Source: a virus. From it: a stretch of 64,000 nucleotides of DNA. The notes beneath the pieces are model-generated. The model was given only the letters and a program-made list of their open reading frames with translations, made no database searches and had not been told where the DNA came from. Made by a program: the position numbers and the translations under genes. Shown here piece by piece: positions 9,101 to 18,433 of the stretch (its first letter is position 1; each line of letters begins with the position of its first letter). Location: IMG/VR virus record IMGVR_UViG_3300032322_001107, positions 8,850-72,849 of that record. One strand, given 5' to 3'.

Positions 9101-12100
9101 CGCGAAAAATCTTCGTATCGGGGTCGATCAGGTTGGAACTGGTGTGCGTATGCCCGCAGGCTGGACTCTGGTAGAGGATATCTATGTGCCGCCAGCCCCG
9201 CAGGAAGTTGTCCCAGAAGCGCCTGTTGCGCCAAAAGTTGAGCCAGAAGCCACTGAAGAAGAGCCAGCCAAAGTAGATCCTATCGACACGTTTAAGGGTG
9301 GTATTCGGGATTCGGGATTTAAATATCTAACATATTCAGATTTCAGAAGGGAAAACAAAACCCAAGACTGGGAAAAAGAAGGTGGGGTAACAATAGACGA
9401 AAGCTACTATCCTACGGCAGTTGTTGGCGATACCAGAGTAGCATTCGGAACCAACGGACTCTATGTATTCAAAAATCAAGTAAAAGAGCTTTACGAGTCC
9501 GATGTTGATGAAAACGGAAACACAATATTTACCATCCAGAGAATCGTTACCCCTGAAGACAAGCGTGGACAGGGGAGTGCGAGTAAGGCGCTGACCCAGA
9601 TCACAGATGCGGCGGACAAGGCTGGCCTAACACTCCAGCTTCAGCCCGCAGTAATCAGCACACTTGTCGGCAAAGGCGGCAAGGCTCTCAACGCAAAGCA
9701 ACTTGTGGATTGGTATAAACGAAATGGATTTGTCCAGAAGTTTGATGGCAGCGATGCCGTCCTTATCAGAAAACCAGTGACTTCAGCGGTTCCAGAGGTG
9801 ATTCCGCCAAGACCAGCAGATGTGGAGCCAGAACCCGCCGCAGAACAAGAGCTTCAATCCGTTGTCGATAAGTATCAAACATCCGAACCAACCGCTAGGA
9901 TGATACTTGCCAACCTTAATTTTGAAGCCAAAGAGGCTGGAGTTATTCCAGACGGGTGGGTTGTTGAAACAATAGGTGGTATAAAGACGGCACTTTCTCC
10001 CGTGTTTCAAAAAACAAGACGGGACATTCAAGTTGCAATTAGAAAATTTACAATACGTGAAAGAGGTGCATTGAGTGCTAGATTTTTCAAGGAAGGATGG
10101 ATTAATGAAGACCAAAGCAAGGAATATCTCCGTGAAGCAATTAGCCAAAGCTCTCAAGAGCGGGTCACAGCCGCCGAAGCCGAGGCGAACGAGAGATTCG
10201 ACGCTCTTGTTGAAAGAATTGTCGGAGAAAACAGAGCAAACATTTCAAGTGTTGTCGGAGAAGTATCAAAGCCGACAATTGATCTTGAGGCAGAAGAACA
10301 AGCCAGAGCAGAAAAGCCATCAGTATCTCCATCAGAAGTATTAGATCCGAATGAAATAGAGTTCATGTCGGCAAGACAGGCTTTGAAAAAGCTTGCCGAA
10401 TCCAATGTGATTAGTTTCAGCGATAGTGGAGCCAGCGGAAAAGCGCGGTGGAGATATACTGGAAAAATGGTAAAGCCTCAATATGTGAGGCTTCAAGAAG
10501 CGGCCTCTGTTCTTGCAAAAACTAATCTTCGCACCCTTGATGCCGAAAGAATAAACATCAGTGGAGATAAAAGCGGGAGAGCAAACAGAGCCTACGCTGG
10601 AGATATATTTATACCAAGAACAGAGGGCAGTGATAGACGCACTGCATATCTTGAACCATGGGTTTTGTTGCATGAGGTTGGGCACACCCTTACGTCTGAT
10701 GCATTTCAGAAATATGTTCCAGATAAGGGATTGATTGGTGCTGATTATTACAAACAGCTTAAAGACACACTAAAGAACAAGAAGGTTCCAAGAGAAGTAA
10801 GGCGGGCTATCACGCTTTACATAGACACAATCAAAGCACTTGGATTTGAAAAAGAATATTTCAAAAAGGGAGGACTTGCCAGCAACAACGCTGATCGCGG
10901 ATTGAGGAACGCAGCAGCAAGAACGTCAAATAAATTAATCAATCCGTTTACTGGAAATGAAATAACACGGGATGACATGTATGCGCTTGCCGACATGCAT
11001 GAGTTTTACGCGCAAGCTTGGAATAGCGAGTCCTTCCAAGACATTCTCAAGCAGATCAAGGTTGAGCCACAAAGAAGTGCATTCCAAAAGTTTGTAGAGA
11101 TCGTCAAAGACATTTTTGGATTTGAGTCGGACACAATGGCATATGCCGTGATCGATACCTCTCTCAGACTTGCCTCGCTTGAAGCACCAACAGACACTGG
11201 AGCTACTATTGAAAGCAGGATTAAAACGCAAAAAGAATTTCGCGCCGTCAAGGAGTTGCCGCGAACAAAAATGCGTTGGACGAATTTTGGCAACGGAAAA
11301 TACGGAGGAGACCGAGTCAAAATGTCCAGAAACAAGTTTGTAAAACTTGGATATGATATGGCCCATTTTACAATCACCAAAGGATACAAGGGTGTTTTCG
11401 GCGGTGGTGGTAATCAATGGTCTGTGCGTGTTTCCATAGAAGAGTTTTACAGCAAGGGTAAAAAAGCTAACCAGCTTTTGCCGCAGACTGAAATTTTTGT
11501 AAGGACATTTGATAGCAAGGCCACAGCCGAAGAATTTGCTGAAAGGCTTGCGTCTGATGTCAATGGGATGGTTAATGAAAAATACGGAGCCTTGAAGAAA
11601 GGGGCACCACAACCACCGACTACTCGCGGAAAGCCCGCTCCAAGACCAAGATTTGCCCCCGCCCCCGAAGTAAGAGAATCCCGCAGAGAAGACGCCATCC
11701 CCACCTTCTCCGAGGGAAGCCCCGAAGCCACAACCCTTTCTACTATGGCAGCAGCAATGGCCAAAGTGGATGGCGCATCCGAGGCCAAGCCAAACCCCGA
11801 AAACAAACCCACCTACAAGATCAGCGAGATAGCCTCCGTCTGGATGGATCAGGGTGGAGATGTTCGCCAACTCCAAGACCTTATCTCAGAGAATACCAAT
11901 CTTACCCCAACCAATGCAGCGAAGGTGGCCAATGCCATTGCCAAGCAATACGATATCCAGCAGTCCATTGCTACGGCCTTCATCGAAACCCAAACGGGAT
12001 TGTCTGTTGAGGCACTACCCGAAGGTGTAACCCTTCCCAAGGAGGTTGACCCTGATCGTCCGCGCCCCGTCATGCAACGCCTTTTTGATGTATTTATGGG

Positions 12101-15100
12101 TGTGCGCGTTAAACCAGTTAAGATTACTGGTGATGAAAAGGCATTGCTTAAAAGTCAAATTCGTCTAAAGGCCGCAGCCAATCGTGCGGCAAAACAGGAG
12201 CAGCAACGCACCGCAGACGAGGTTGTTGAGATTATCAAATCCATGGAGCTTCGCGGCCCCGTTCGTCCGAAACAAGCCCAAGCCCTTGCCAAACGTGCAG
12301 CCAAAGTCATTTGGACTAGCGAGAAGTCCATGGAGAGCTTTGTCGAATACGCTGCCAAGGTGGTAGAGAACGCCAACTATGATGCCGATCTTCGCGAGGC
12401 CAAGGCAGCACAGAAACGCGCCAAGGAACTTTCCAAACAGAAGAGAGTCGCTATGAGTCCGCAGCGCCTGATCTTGCAACAAATCGGAAATGTCGCAGTT
12501 AACAAGCTGGATGATCCGCGCATGTTTGCCGAGATGATCAACTACTACTTGCGTGGATTCAAGGATGTGCGTTCTCCTGATTATGTAGTTGTTCCTGATG
12601 AAGAAATCACGGGCTACATTTCTCAACTTGAAACAGAGTCTGTTAAGGATCAAGCCGAGGTAGAGCGCGAGACCAACGAAAGGCTTGCCCGCAAATACGA
12701 CCTTGATCCAAATACTATTCCAGAGTTGATGAGCCTTATCAACATCATTGAAGAGATTGAAGGCAGGGAGAATCGCGAAGCCTTGGAGTCCATCCTTACA
12801 GACAAAGCAATCGAAACCCAAGACGGGTTGCGCGGCTACGACACAACCGCGCTTACCAACACTCAAAAGAAATTGGTCGAGTCAATGCTTGGTGTGGATC
12901 TCAAATCCATCAATAACCAAGAGAAGCAAATGTTTATTCGTATTGCCAACAATATGATTTACAACAATCAGACCAATGGCGCGGAATACTTTGTGGCTAC
13001 AGCCAAGGGTCAGCAGAACGCTCGCAAGGCGGCACAGGATTCAAAAATGATCCAACGCAACAAGGCTTGGATTCCTCTTATTCCTTCATTCGGATCTTTG
13101 AAACTTCAGGAAACCCTTCGCAACTTCTCTTTGGAATTGCAATCGGTAGCCGACACCTTCCGCAACGTCTTCGGAAAAGACTTCATGGCCAAGGCTTACG
13201 AGATGATGGGCATGTTGGATTTGAACGAGGGATTCACCAAGGCCAATAACACCATTGATGAAATACAAGATCTGATGGCAGAGTTCCACCAAGGCAACGA
13301 AAAGACATACGGTGACGCAGCCCGCAATCAAGACGGCATTCTTTCTGAAGGTGTGGCTGGATTCTTGATCCAAGAATTTCCGTTCAAGGATGAAGCAACT
13401 TCAATTCAGCAACGCCGAAACCTGATCAATGAATATATCGCCAATGCCCGTGAGTCGCGCCAAAAAGACCGTGTGGCTATGGCAGATCGCGTTGAGGCAA
13501 TCCTAAACAAAGTTGATGGGGCTTCTGTTCAAGAGATCTTGAACAACATGAAGCGCGAATACCGCCCGAACTATGATTCTCTCATGTGGTATAAGGATGT
13601 TCTGTTCCCGAAATACAAAGACTTCCTCAAGCAGTTTGACGAGAACTTCAACGATCAGGCCAATAACTACGATAGCCCCAACTATCTTCCGATTGCCTTC
13701 ACTTCGGCTGGCCCAGCCTTGGCACTTGGCCCCGAAGACGTAAGTATTGCCAACTCAATTTCTCTCCAGCCCAAACAGTCGGTCTATACGATCAAGCGTC
13801 AGGATTACACCACGCTTCCAAAAGACAAGGACGGCAACCCTAAAGAAATTGAATTCAATCTTCGTCGCACCGCATTCAATAGCCTGTCAGACCAGATCAA
13901 TAAGGCTTACACCAACCCTGCTTGGCAGCAGATTTTTGCGTTTATGAAGACGCCAGAATCCATTGAGTTCTTTGGGGACAAAGCTAATCGTGATTTCTTT
14001 GTAGATCGCCTCAATAGGTTGCGAGCTTCCAGAGCAAGGCGTGGATCGGTAAGTGGAGGAGCTTTGGAAAAAGCACTTGATTCTTTCAGTATTATCTCCA
14101 GAAAGCTTGGCACTGGCATCGCGCTTGGTGGTGTATTCCAATGGATTAAGCAGCCCCCAGACCAGCTTCTTACGGCACTTGGAAGCGGAGGACGAGCAGA
14201 TCTTCTGGCTAAAAACATTGCTCCATCTACACAGAAAGCGGCTAGAGAACTATTAAATCAGTTTTCGATTGGAAGGCGCGGCGACTCATCTGCTGGTTAT
14301 AAATACATTAACCAGATGGAGGGCCATCAAAGCCGCATGGAGCGTTATTTCTCAGAAAGTAAATGGGAGCAGGCCAAGGAACAAGGCGGAAAGATTGCTG
14401 ATGTTTGGATGGTGGCTCTGAAGAAATCCGATTTCATTTCGGCCTCTGCTGCATGGATGACTTACTACGAAGGAGAGTTAAACAAGAACGACATCAAGAT
14501 TGATGATTGGGCCAAGGAAGCCGAGCTTGTCAAAACCGATCCTGTCAGACGTCAAGCGGCAGCGTATGCCGAGCAGATGACCGACATCTATCAGGGTTCT
14601 AGCGACCCGACATCCATGGCAACATTTGCCCAGAGCGGTAAAACTGGATGGGAGAACTTCACCAAGGCTTTGCTTGTTCCGTTCAACTCATTTGCCATCC
14701 AGCAACGCATGAGGCTTTACTCTGATGCCAGAGACGCACTTAATGGAACCAGTGGCGGCAAGGGAGGACTAGCTGGAACCATTGGTGGCCTTATCCTTTT
14801 CCATACCACAAAACGATTTGTTCTTCCTGTTATTTCTGGAGGAACCGCAGCCATTCTTTACGGAATGCTGGGAGTTGACATGGAAGAGCCAGACGAAGAG
14901 AAGCAGAAAGAGATGGCCGACAGGAACTGGCGTCAGTTCTTGGCCGACATTACTGGCAACTTGCTGGTTGGCGGAACCCCGCAGCTTGTTGAAAATAGGA
15001 CGATTGAAGCCTTTAACTATGCTTCTTACATGGTTGGTTTACAGCTTGAGAGCGAAACTGTCATGGATGAAAACGGAGAGATTATGTCATTTGACAAGTA

Positions 15101-15416
15101 TTCCAAAGAGCGTTCTCCATTCTATCGCTACAAGTCTTACGATAACGCCATGAGTCTTGGCATGTTTGATATCGGATTTGATCAAGCAAAAGAAACAGCC
15201 CTTCAAACCAAGATGCTGATGGATCGGGACGAGATGGAAATGTATACTCCAGAAGAACAGCGACTGCTTTACTTCTCCGCCCTTTCAGAATGGCTCTATC
15301 TCATGCGCCTCAATGACACAGACTTCGCTCGCATTGTGAAAAAGGCCCGCCGCGATATGATCAAAGCAGCCGAAGAACGCGAGAAGGAATTGGCCCGTAT
15401 CCGCGCTGGACGCTAG
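6183..15416 (+). CDS. Large polyvalent/internal virion protein (two zincin motifs, GNAT domain)
   Basis: 3077 aa. Gly/Ala hydrophobic N-terminal region, HELGH (8541-8555), GNAT motifs RGQGSASKAL...WYKRNGF (9561-9731), HEVGH (10671-10685). Confidence 0.8.
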   Translation: MPIEYLDDIEEDITEAADTTPVEQPPVAGISEPVAPEPSGEFGGRIEYIEEEPLEIEPPRDNSWDTLRGFEVSMRQVPQLAYGVAGLVGETAEQLTGYGESLRDFGFKGYQDWAQSMEPISKETDDVTVAWQRAKEGDVGALVDWAQYGIGYALGQLGETAAVAVLGGVAGGAAGAAGGPTAVPAAAGGAVAAAAGKQGFKALAQNLVEKAIANQATKIVTKQAQKEGVELTAEQLAKRASQEAVKRQAGKEIGSNAAIFANAVGMQLGSIYGSAEEQARAEGRELTGVDLARIWGTGVATGGIEGVVDKFGLDLLKGKLSDKLPAGRLAGAAVAGGIGTVGEAATEAVQTVGERFGAGKDILSDEAINEYINASALGGLGGGAIGGVGGFISGNPKENAAAKAKVSSEANKEIAPASAETVARQADAVIAETVQETPEQRVARLQEEATAAAGIELEEEAPVSGLPPQPVTTPVEPTAEGEVAPVEPVVEPAVAEPQPVAEVAPADQPSPNLAPRAEAAVEARPVRQEGEPIGDFRNRKDAWDEQYGTDRRGGRTHNDDGTPYQPTVFDETISQVNASGVIGTDEDAMSAAIGTRSELEAGNAVKDLVNAGWVWDAAQNRMVNPQNPEQRPSDGLVEARQAPAPVTPTAPAVTPPAEVAPVPQLAPIEVEPQVAAQKAIDASRLSGSTLGMDRANQGVEQAREVAYDAKREASLPKTPIDIAIQTWEVAGNETKYGEPKFASGELGFAVSGGYDKSTNEVKLSNNPREFSSTSGDSALTPRSVVRHELGHWALFNAADNDLVRRLFEWADTADKTGILNPWHGGKAGVAYPKTKFDSRDELVSEAYSIWKSGGSVPNNVIPLLQDLDALIPTNLQNEALQFADSHSEKLGERPSASQVLNADRLRRVVRAEQAPEDVPSLVDAGLVEVYKDQPVLTEAGIAQLPEAERPRLNPEARKIQIDTGSNEVVAEAIAKNLRIGVDQVGTGVRMPAGWTLVEDIYVPPAPQEVVPEAPVAPKVEPEATEEEPAKVDPIDTFKGGIRDSGFKYLTYSDFRRENKTQDWEKEGGVTIDESYYPTAVVGDTRVAFGTNGLYVFKNQVKELYESDVDENGNTIFTIQRIVTPEDKRGQGSASKALTQITDAADKAGLTLQLQPAVISTLVGKGGKALNAKQLVDWYKRNGFVQKFDGSDAVLIRKPVTSAVPEVIPPRPADVEPEPAAEQELQSVVDKYQTSEPTARMILANLNFEAKEAGVIPDGWVVETIGGIKTALSPVFQKTRRDIQVAIRKFTIRERGALSARFFKEGWINEDQSKEYLREAISQSSQERVTAAEAEANERFDALVERIVGENRANISSVVGEVSKPTIDLEAEEQARAEKPSVSPSEVLDPNEIEFMSARQALKKLAESNVISFSDSGASGKARWRYTGKMVKPQYVRLQEAASVLAKTNLRTLDAERINISGDKSGRANRAYAGDIFIPRTEGSDRRTAYLEPWVLLHEVGHTLTSDAFQKYVPDKGLIGADYYKQLKDTLKNKKVPREVRRAITLYIDTIKALGFEKEYFKKGGLASNNADRGLRNAAARTSNKLINPFTGNEITRDDMYALADMHEFYAQAWNSESFQDILKQIKVEPQRSAFQKFVEIVKDIFGFESDTMAYAVIDTSLRLASLEAPTDTGATIESRIKTQKEFRAVKELPRTKMRWTNFGNGKYGGDRVKMSRNKFVKLGYDMAHFTITKGYKGVFGGGGNQWSVRVSIEEFYSKGKKANQLLPQTEIFVRTFDSKATAEEFAERLASDVNGMVNEKYGALKKGAPQPPTTRGKPAPRPRFAPAPEVRESRREDAIPTFSEGSPEATTLSTMAAAMAKVDGASEAKPNPENKPTYKISEIASVWMDQGGDVRQLQDLISENTNLTPTNAAKVANAIAKQYDIQQSIATAFIETQTGLSVEALPEGVTLPKEVDPDRPRPVMQRLFDVFMGVRVKPVKITGDEKALLKSQIRLKAAANRAAKQEQQRTADEVVEIIKSMELRGPVRPKQAQALAKRAAKVIWTSEKSMESFVEYAAKVVENANYDADLREAKAAQKRAKELSKQKRVAMSPQRLILQQIGNVAVNKLDDPRMFAEMINYYLRGFKDVRSPDYVVVPDEEITGYISQLETESVKDQAEVERETNERLARKYDLDPNTIPELMSLINIIEEIEGRENREALESILTDKAIETQDGLRGYDTTALTNTQKKLVESMLGVDLKSINNQEKQMFIRIANNMIYNNQTNGAEYFVATAKGQQNARKAAQDSKMIQRNKAWIPLIPSFGSLKLQETLRNFSLELQSVADTFRNVFGKDFMAKAYEMMGMLDLNEGFTKANNTIDEIQDLMAEFHQGNEKTYGDAARNQDGILSEGVAGFLIQEFPFKDEATSIQQRRNLINEYIANARESRQKDRVAMADRVEAILNKVDGASVQEILNNMKREYRPNYDSLMWYKDVLFPKYKDFLKQFDENFNDQANNYDSPNYLPIAFTSAGPALALGPEDVSIANSISLQPKQSVYTIKRQDYTTLPKDKDGNPKEIEFNLRRTAFNSLSDQINKAYTNPAWQQIFAFMKTPESIEFFGDKANRDFFVDRLNRLRASRARRGSVSGGALEKALDSFSIISRKLGTGIALGGVFQWIKQPPDQLLTALGSGGRADLLAKNIAPSTQKAARELLNQFSIGRRGDSSAGYKYINQMEGHQSRMERYFSESKWEQAKEQGGKIADVWMVALKKSDFISASAAWMTYYEGELNKNDIKIDDWAKEAELVKTDPVRRQAAAYAEQMTDIYQGSSDPTSMATFAQSGKTGWENFTKALLVPFNSFAIQQRMRLYSDARDALNGTSGGKGGLAGTIGGLILFHTTKRFVLPVISGGTAAILYGMLGVDMEEPDEEKQKEMADRNWRQFLADITGNLLVGGTPQLVENRTIEAFNYASYMVGLQLESETVMDENGEIMSFDKYSKERSPFYRYKSYDNAMSLGMFDIGFDQAKETALQTKMLMDRDEMEMYTPEEQRLLYFSALSEWLYLMRLNDTDFARIVKKARRDMIKAAEEREKELARIRAGR

Positions 15417-16057
15417 ATCAGTCCGCGCTTCTTAGCCTCGTCCAATTCTTCCTGAGTCCATTGCTGGGCATACCAGACTTGGCTATCCCAAGGTAGCGGT
15501 CTCATGCGGTCAACTCCGAAAGAAAGCCTTCCGTAGTTGTTGGGGCTATTCTCTTCTAGCTTCACAAACTTGTCCTCTGGTAACATATCCTTATCATGGG
15601 GGAGGAATAAGTAGCCCCGCAAGAAATCCAGAATGAAACTATGGCGGATTAGGAAGGTTGATTGGGCGCAATTCATCCAAGGCGCGGCATCCATCTTTGC
15701 CCCAAAGACCATGCCCTTGTCACCAAGATCCTCGTACATCTTTTCAGGAACCCACCCGAACCACAGGCAATCAGCTTCTTTGTAAATGAAATCTCTACCA
15801 CAGTTGTAGGCAATCATAGCCAGCGCACAGACAGAGGCCGACCAGCCACACAACCCTTCGCGATCTTCTTTGATTAGGTCTCCGACATGGCCCACGTTAT
15901 TATCCAAAAAGATATCCCCCTCCAATCCACTACTGTAGTCCGTGGACATGATATAGTAGTTGTTGGAATACCCTTCGGTGTTAGCTTTCCAAACCCCAAG
16001 CATCATCTCGTCCCAATCGCAGCGACGATGGTAGCCCGAACCAATGATGTAATTCAT
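15413..16057 (-). CDS. Putative glycosyltransferase-like protein
   Basis: Likely start MNYIIGSGY at 16057, coupled to the upstream gene. YKEADCL motif. Last gene of the GT/MTase operon. Confidence 0.55.
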   Translation of the reverse strand: MNYIIGSGYHRRCDWDEMMLGVWKANTEGYSNNYYIMSTDYSSGLEGDIFLDNNVGHVGDLIKEDREGLCGWSASVCALAMIAYNCGRDFIYKEADCLWFGWVPEKMYEDLGDKGMVFGAKMDAAPWMNCAQSTFLIRHSFILDFLRGYLFLPHDKDMLPEDKFVKLEENSPNNYGRLSFGVDRMRPLPWDSQVWYAQQWTQEELDEAKKRGLI

Positions 16058-16617
16058 TTCTTGCGGTAGATAGATAGGGTGGGCTTTATCCAACGTGCCG
16101 TAGCAATAGACCTCAAATCCCGCGAGAAGTCTTCCATCCACTGGTATCCCCAAAACTCAAAGATATCATTCCAGTAGGATTGTGGCTGGCAGTTGACATG
16201 GTGGTGACCGCCCGTAGACCATTGCGGTTCCGAGTAGGTCATGGCCACGATCTGGGCTGAGTTAAACGTAGCCATATAGTTGTTAACATACTGCTGTTCA
16301 ACGTGTTCGACAAACTCGCAAGACCAAGCCAGATCAAAAGATCTATTTGGTTTGTATGGGCCTTGGGTGTAATCATGGATCATTATCTTGTCTTTGACTG
16401 GGCTATGCTCAAGAGCCTTGTAAGATCCCTCAATCCCGATGGCATCCACTCCGTTGTCCATAAACCACTTGATTGCGTGACCTTCTCCGCATCCAATATC
16501 AATCAAGTTTTTTGGTTGGAAGATATCGATTAGCTTCTGCCACACGATTGGATCGTAAGTATCTGGGTCTCCGCCCTGAACAAACCCTCCGAGATGGCCG
16601 TCTTGCACTAAAATCAT
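16054..16617 (-). CDS. Class I SAM-dependent methyltransferase
   Basis: LIDIGCGEG motif I, FDLAWSCEFVEH, GHHHVN. Confidence 0.85.
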   Translation of the reverse strand: MILVQDGHLGGFVQGGDPDTYDPIVWQKLIDIFQPKNLIDIGCGEGHAIKWFMDNGVDAIGIEGSYKALEHSPVKDKIMIHDYTQGPYKPNRSFDLAWSCEFVEHVEQQYVNNYMATFNSAQIVAMTYSEPQWSTGGHHHVNCQPQSYWNDIFEFWGYQWMEDFSRDLRSIATARWIKPTLSIYRKK

Positions 16618-17123
16618 TTTATTGCCTCCATAATAATGGTTTCGATTTCGTTATTGTGATCACCAATTACTTTTCCATGGCCTTCCAACTCACTAAATCC
16701 GCAGCCACAAATCTTATCTGGATCAAATCCAGCAGCAAAGAAACAAGCTTCAAGAATCGAATGATTCCAAGCCGAGAGATGGCCGTGATCCAATAGGATA
16801 GACTGAACAGCTTTTCGTTTCGATCCATCCCCGAATCCAGATTGCCCGTGCCATTTGAGATACGGCCCGTCTGCCAAATCGTAGATCTTATCTACGCTAG
16901 GAACTGCAATCCGTAGTATCCCATCTGGTTTTAGGATTCGGTAGGATTCAGTGAAAAACCTCACGGCATCAGGGGTTGTGGTATGCTCGACTACATGCTC
17001 CGCAAAGATAAAATCAATTGAATTGTCTTTATATGGAAGGGGTTTGGTAATGTCCAGATCCGCATCATGGTTCTCCCAGCCATTCAGAATGTTTCCGCCA
17101 CATCCAAGGTTTAGTTTAATCAT
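16614..17123 (-). CDS. Class I SAM-dependent methyltransferase (Methyltransf_11-like)
   Basis: KLNLGCG, IFAEHVVEH, RILKPDGILRIAVP. Confidence 0.85.
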   Translation of the reverse strand: MIKLNLGCGGNILNGWENHDADLDITKPLPYKDNSIDFIFAEHVVEHTTTPDAVRFFTESYRILKPDGILRIAVPSVDKIYDLADGPYLKWHGQSGFGDGSKRKAVQSILLDHGHLSAWNHSILEACFFAAGFDPDKICGCGFSELEGHGKVIGDHNNEIETIIMEAIK

Positions 17124-18433
17124 GTTAGTAGCATCTTGAATATTCTTTCATTCCATTTTGAGGCGGGACGATCCATGGAATCTGTCCAGCTTGATGGGTG
17201 GTCTTTATGGTAAAGTATTTTTTCATTCGGGATTTCGGCAGGATAGCGGTCTTCGATCAGGTTGTCCATCGTGGAAACCCATCCAAATTGACGCCTAATC
17301 CAAGCGGCTACGGCCAAGTCAAACCAAGGAGAAGCCACGGCACAGTCAGGGAAGTTATAGATTCGGTCTGCCAACCAGTCCCAACGGAAGGCGAATAGCT
17401 CCCTGCCTATGTGGGCGGGATCTCGCCTCACCCCGACAGCCCCGAACCTACGGCAATGCTCGACTACTTTATGGAGGTTAATTATCTGCACATCGTCATT
17501 AGTCCAGACAATGATGTCCCGACCCTTGGTAAACTTGAGAGCCTTGGCCAGCATCTCCTTCAGCATGGGCAAGGGGCGTCGATCCCCGATATTATTGGCT
17601 GTCCTATGGATATTTTCTGCTGTGAGCATATGGTCGAAGTGCGCTTTTTGGCTCTTAAAAGCCTCTCTATGGCGTTTTTCCTGCCCGAATCTATCCACAA
17701 TCGCCCAGACTTCACCCACTGGAAGCAGGGTTTTCTCCACCTCATCACAGATCTGGTCTATGTTATAGTCCCGATATCGGAAGGTGGAGGTAGCGGTAAC
17801 TGGCGGAGGACTGCCTCGCCATCCATCATTGATCAAAGCAATTGTCGGACACTTGGCAGCATTGGCCAGCCAGAGGTGGAGGGTATCGATAGTGACCAGA
17901 CATGACGCCGCATCCAAAACCCCCAATAAATCAAATGGCTTTTCTGCTTGGATGGTGGAGAGGTCTACGATTTTGTATTCGGGGAACCTTGCCTTGAGGC
18001 CGCGCACCAAATGTTCGCTATTCGCGAATGGCGAACTCACTCCATGGGTAGCCACGGCAATGAATGGGCCTTCTGGGATTAGCTTTTGTTCCCGTCTTGG
18101 GTCACGCCGATCAAAAACGTAGGGATGCTTGCGCCACTGATCCCGAAACCCACCCAAGCGATAGCTCTCCAAGGCATAATTCTTTTCCTGTTTGGTTTCT
18201 TTCGGATGCATGAAGACCTGTGCAACTCGTAGGTCTGGCAATCCTTGGCACAAATTTATACAGTGCTGTAACTCTACGGGATCTCCGCTATACTTCTTTG
18301 TCTGGCAGTAGCCTGTCCCCTCAAAGATCGAATAGTATTTCTCCGATGTTACAAAGGTGGTTCCCTTGTTGGCATAGGCCACGGGCAAGAGGTTGATATT
18401 ATCTCCGAGTCTCCCAAGATTCAGGATGGTCAT
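17120..18433 (-). CDS. GT9 (heptosyltransferase)-like glycosyltransferase with additional C-terminal GT-A-like domain
   Basis: N-terminal RLGDNINLLP, VTIDTLHLWLANA (GT9 DS/T-x-H pattern), C-terminal WTNDD. Confidence 0.65.
   Translation of the reverse strand: MTILNLGRLGDNINLLPVAYANKGTTFVTSEKYYSIFEGTGYCQTKKYSGDPVELQHCINLCQGLPDLRVAQVFMHPKETKQEKNYALESYRLGGFRDQWRKHPYVFDRRDPRREQKLIPEGPFIAVATHGVSSPFANSEHLVRGLKARFPEYKIVDLSTIQAEKPFDLLGVLDAASCLVTIDTLHLWLANAAKCPTIALINDGWRGSPPPVTATSTFRYRDYNIDQICDEVEKTLLPVGEVWAIVDRFGQEKRHREAFKSQKAHFDHMLTAENIHRTANNIGDRRPLPMLKEMLAKALKFTKGRDIIVWTNDDVQIINLHKVVEHCRRFGAVGVRRDPAHIGRELFAFRWDWLADRIYNFPDCAVASPWFDLAVAAWIRRQFGWVSTMDNLIEDRYPAEIPNEKILYHKDHPSSWTDSMDRPASKWNERIFKMLLT

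Noticed and set aside
10935-11876. 313-aa antisense ORF inside the giant gene
   Set aside because: Composition is typical of a reverse-frame shadow, with no motifs or expression signals.
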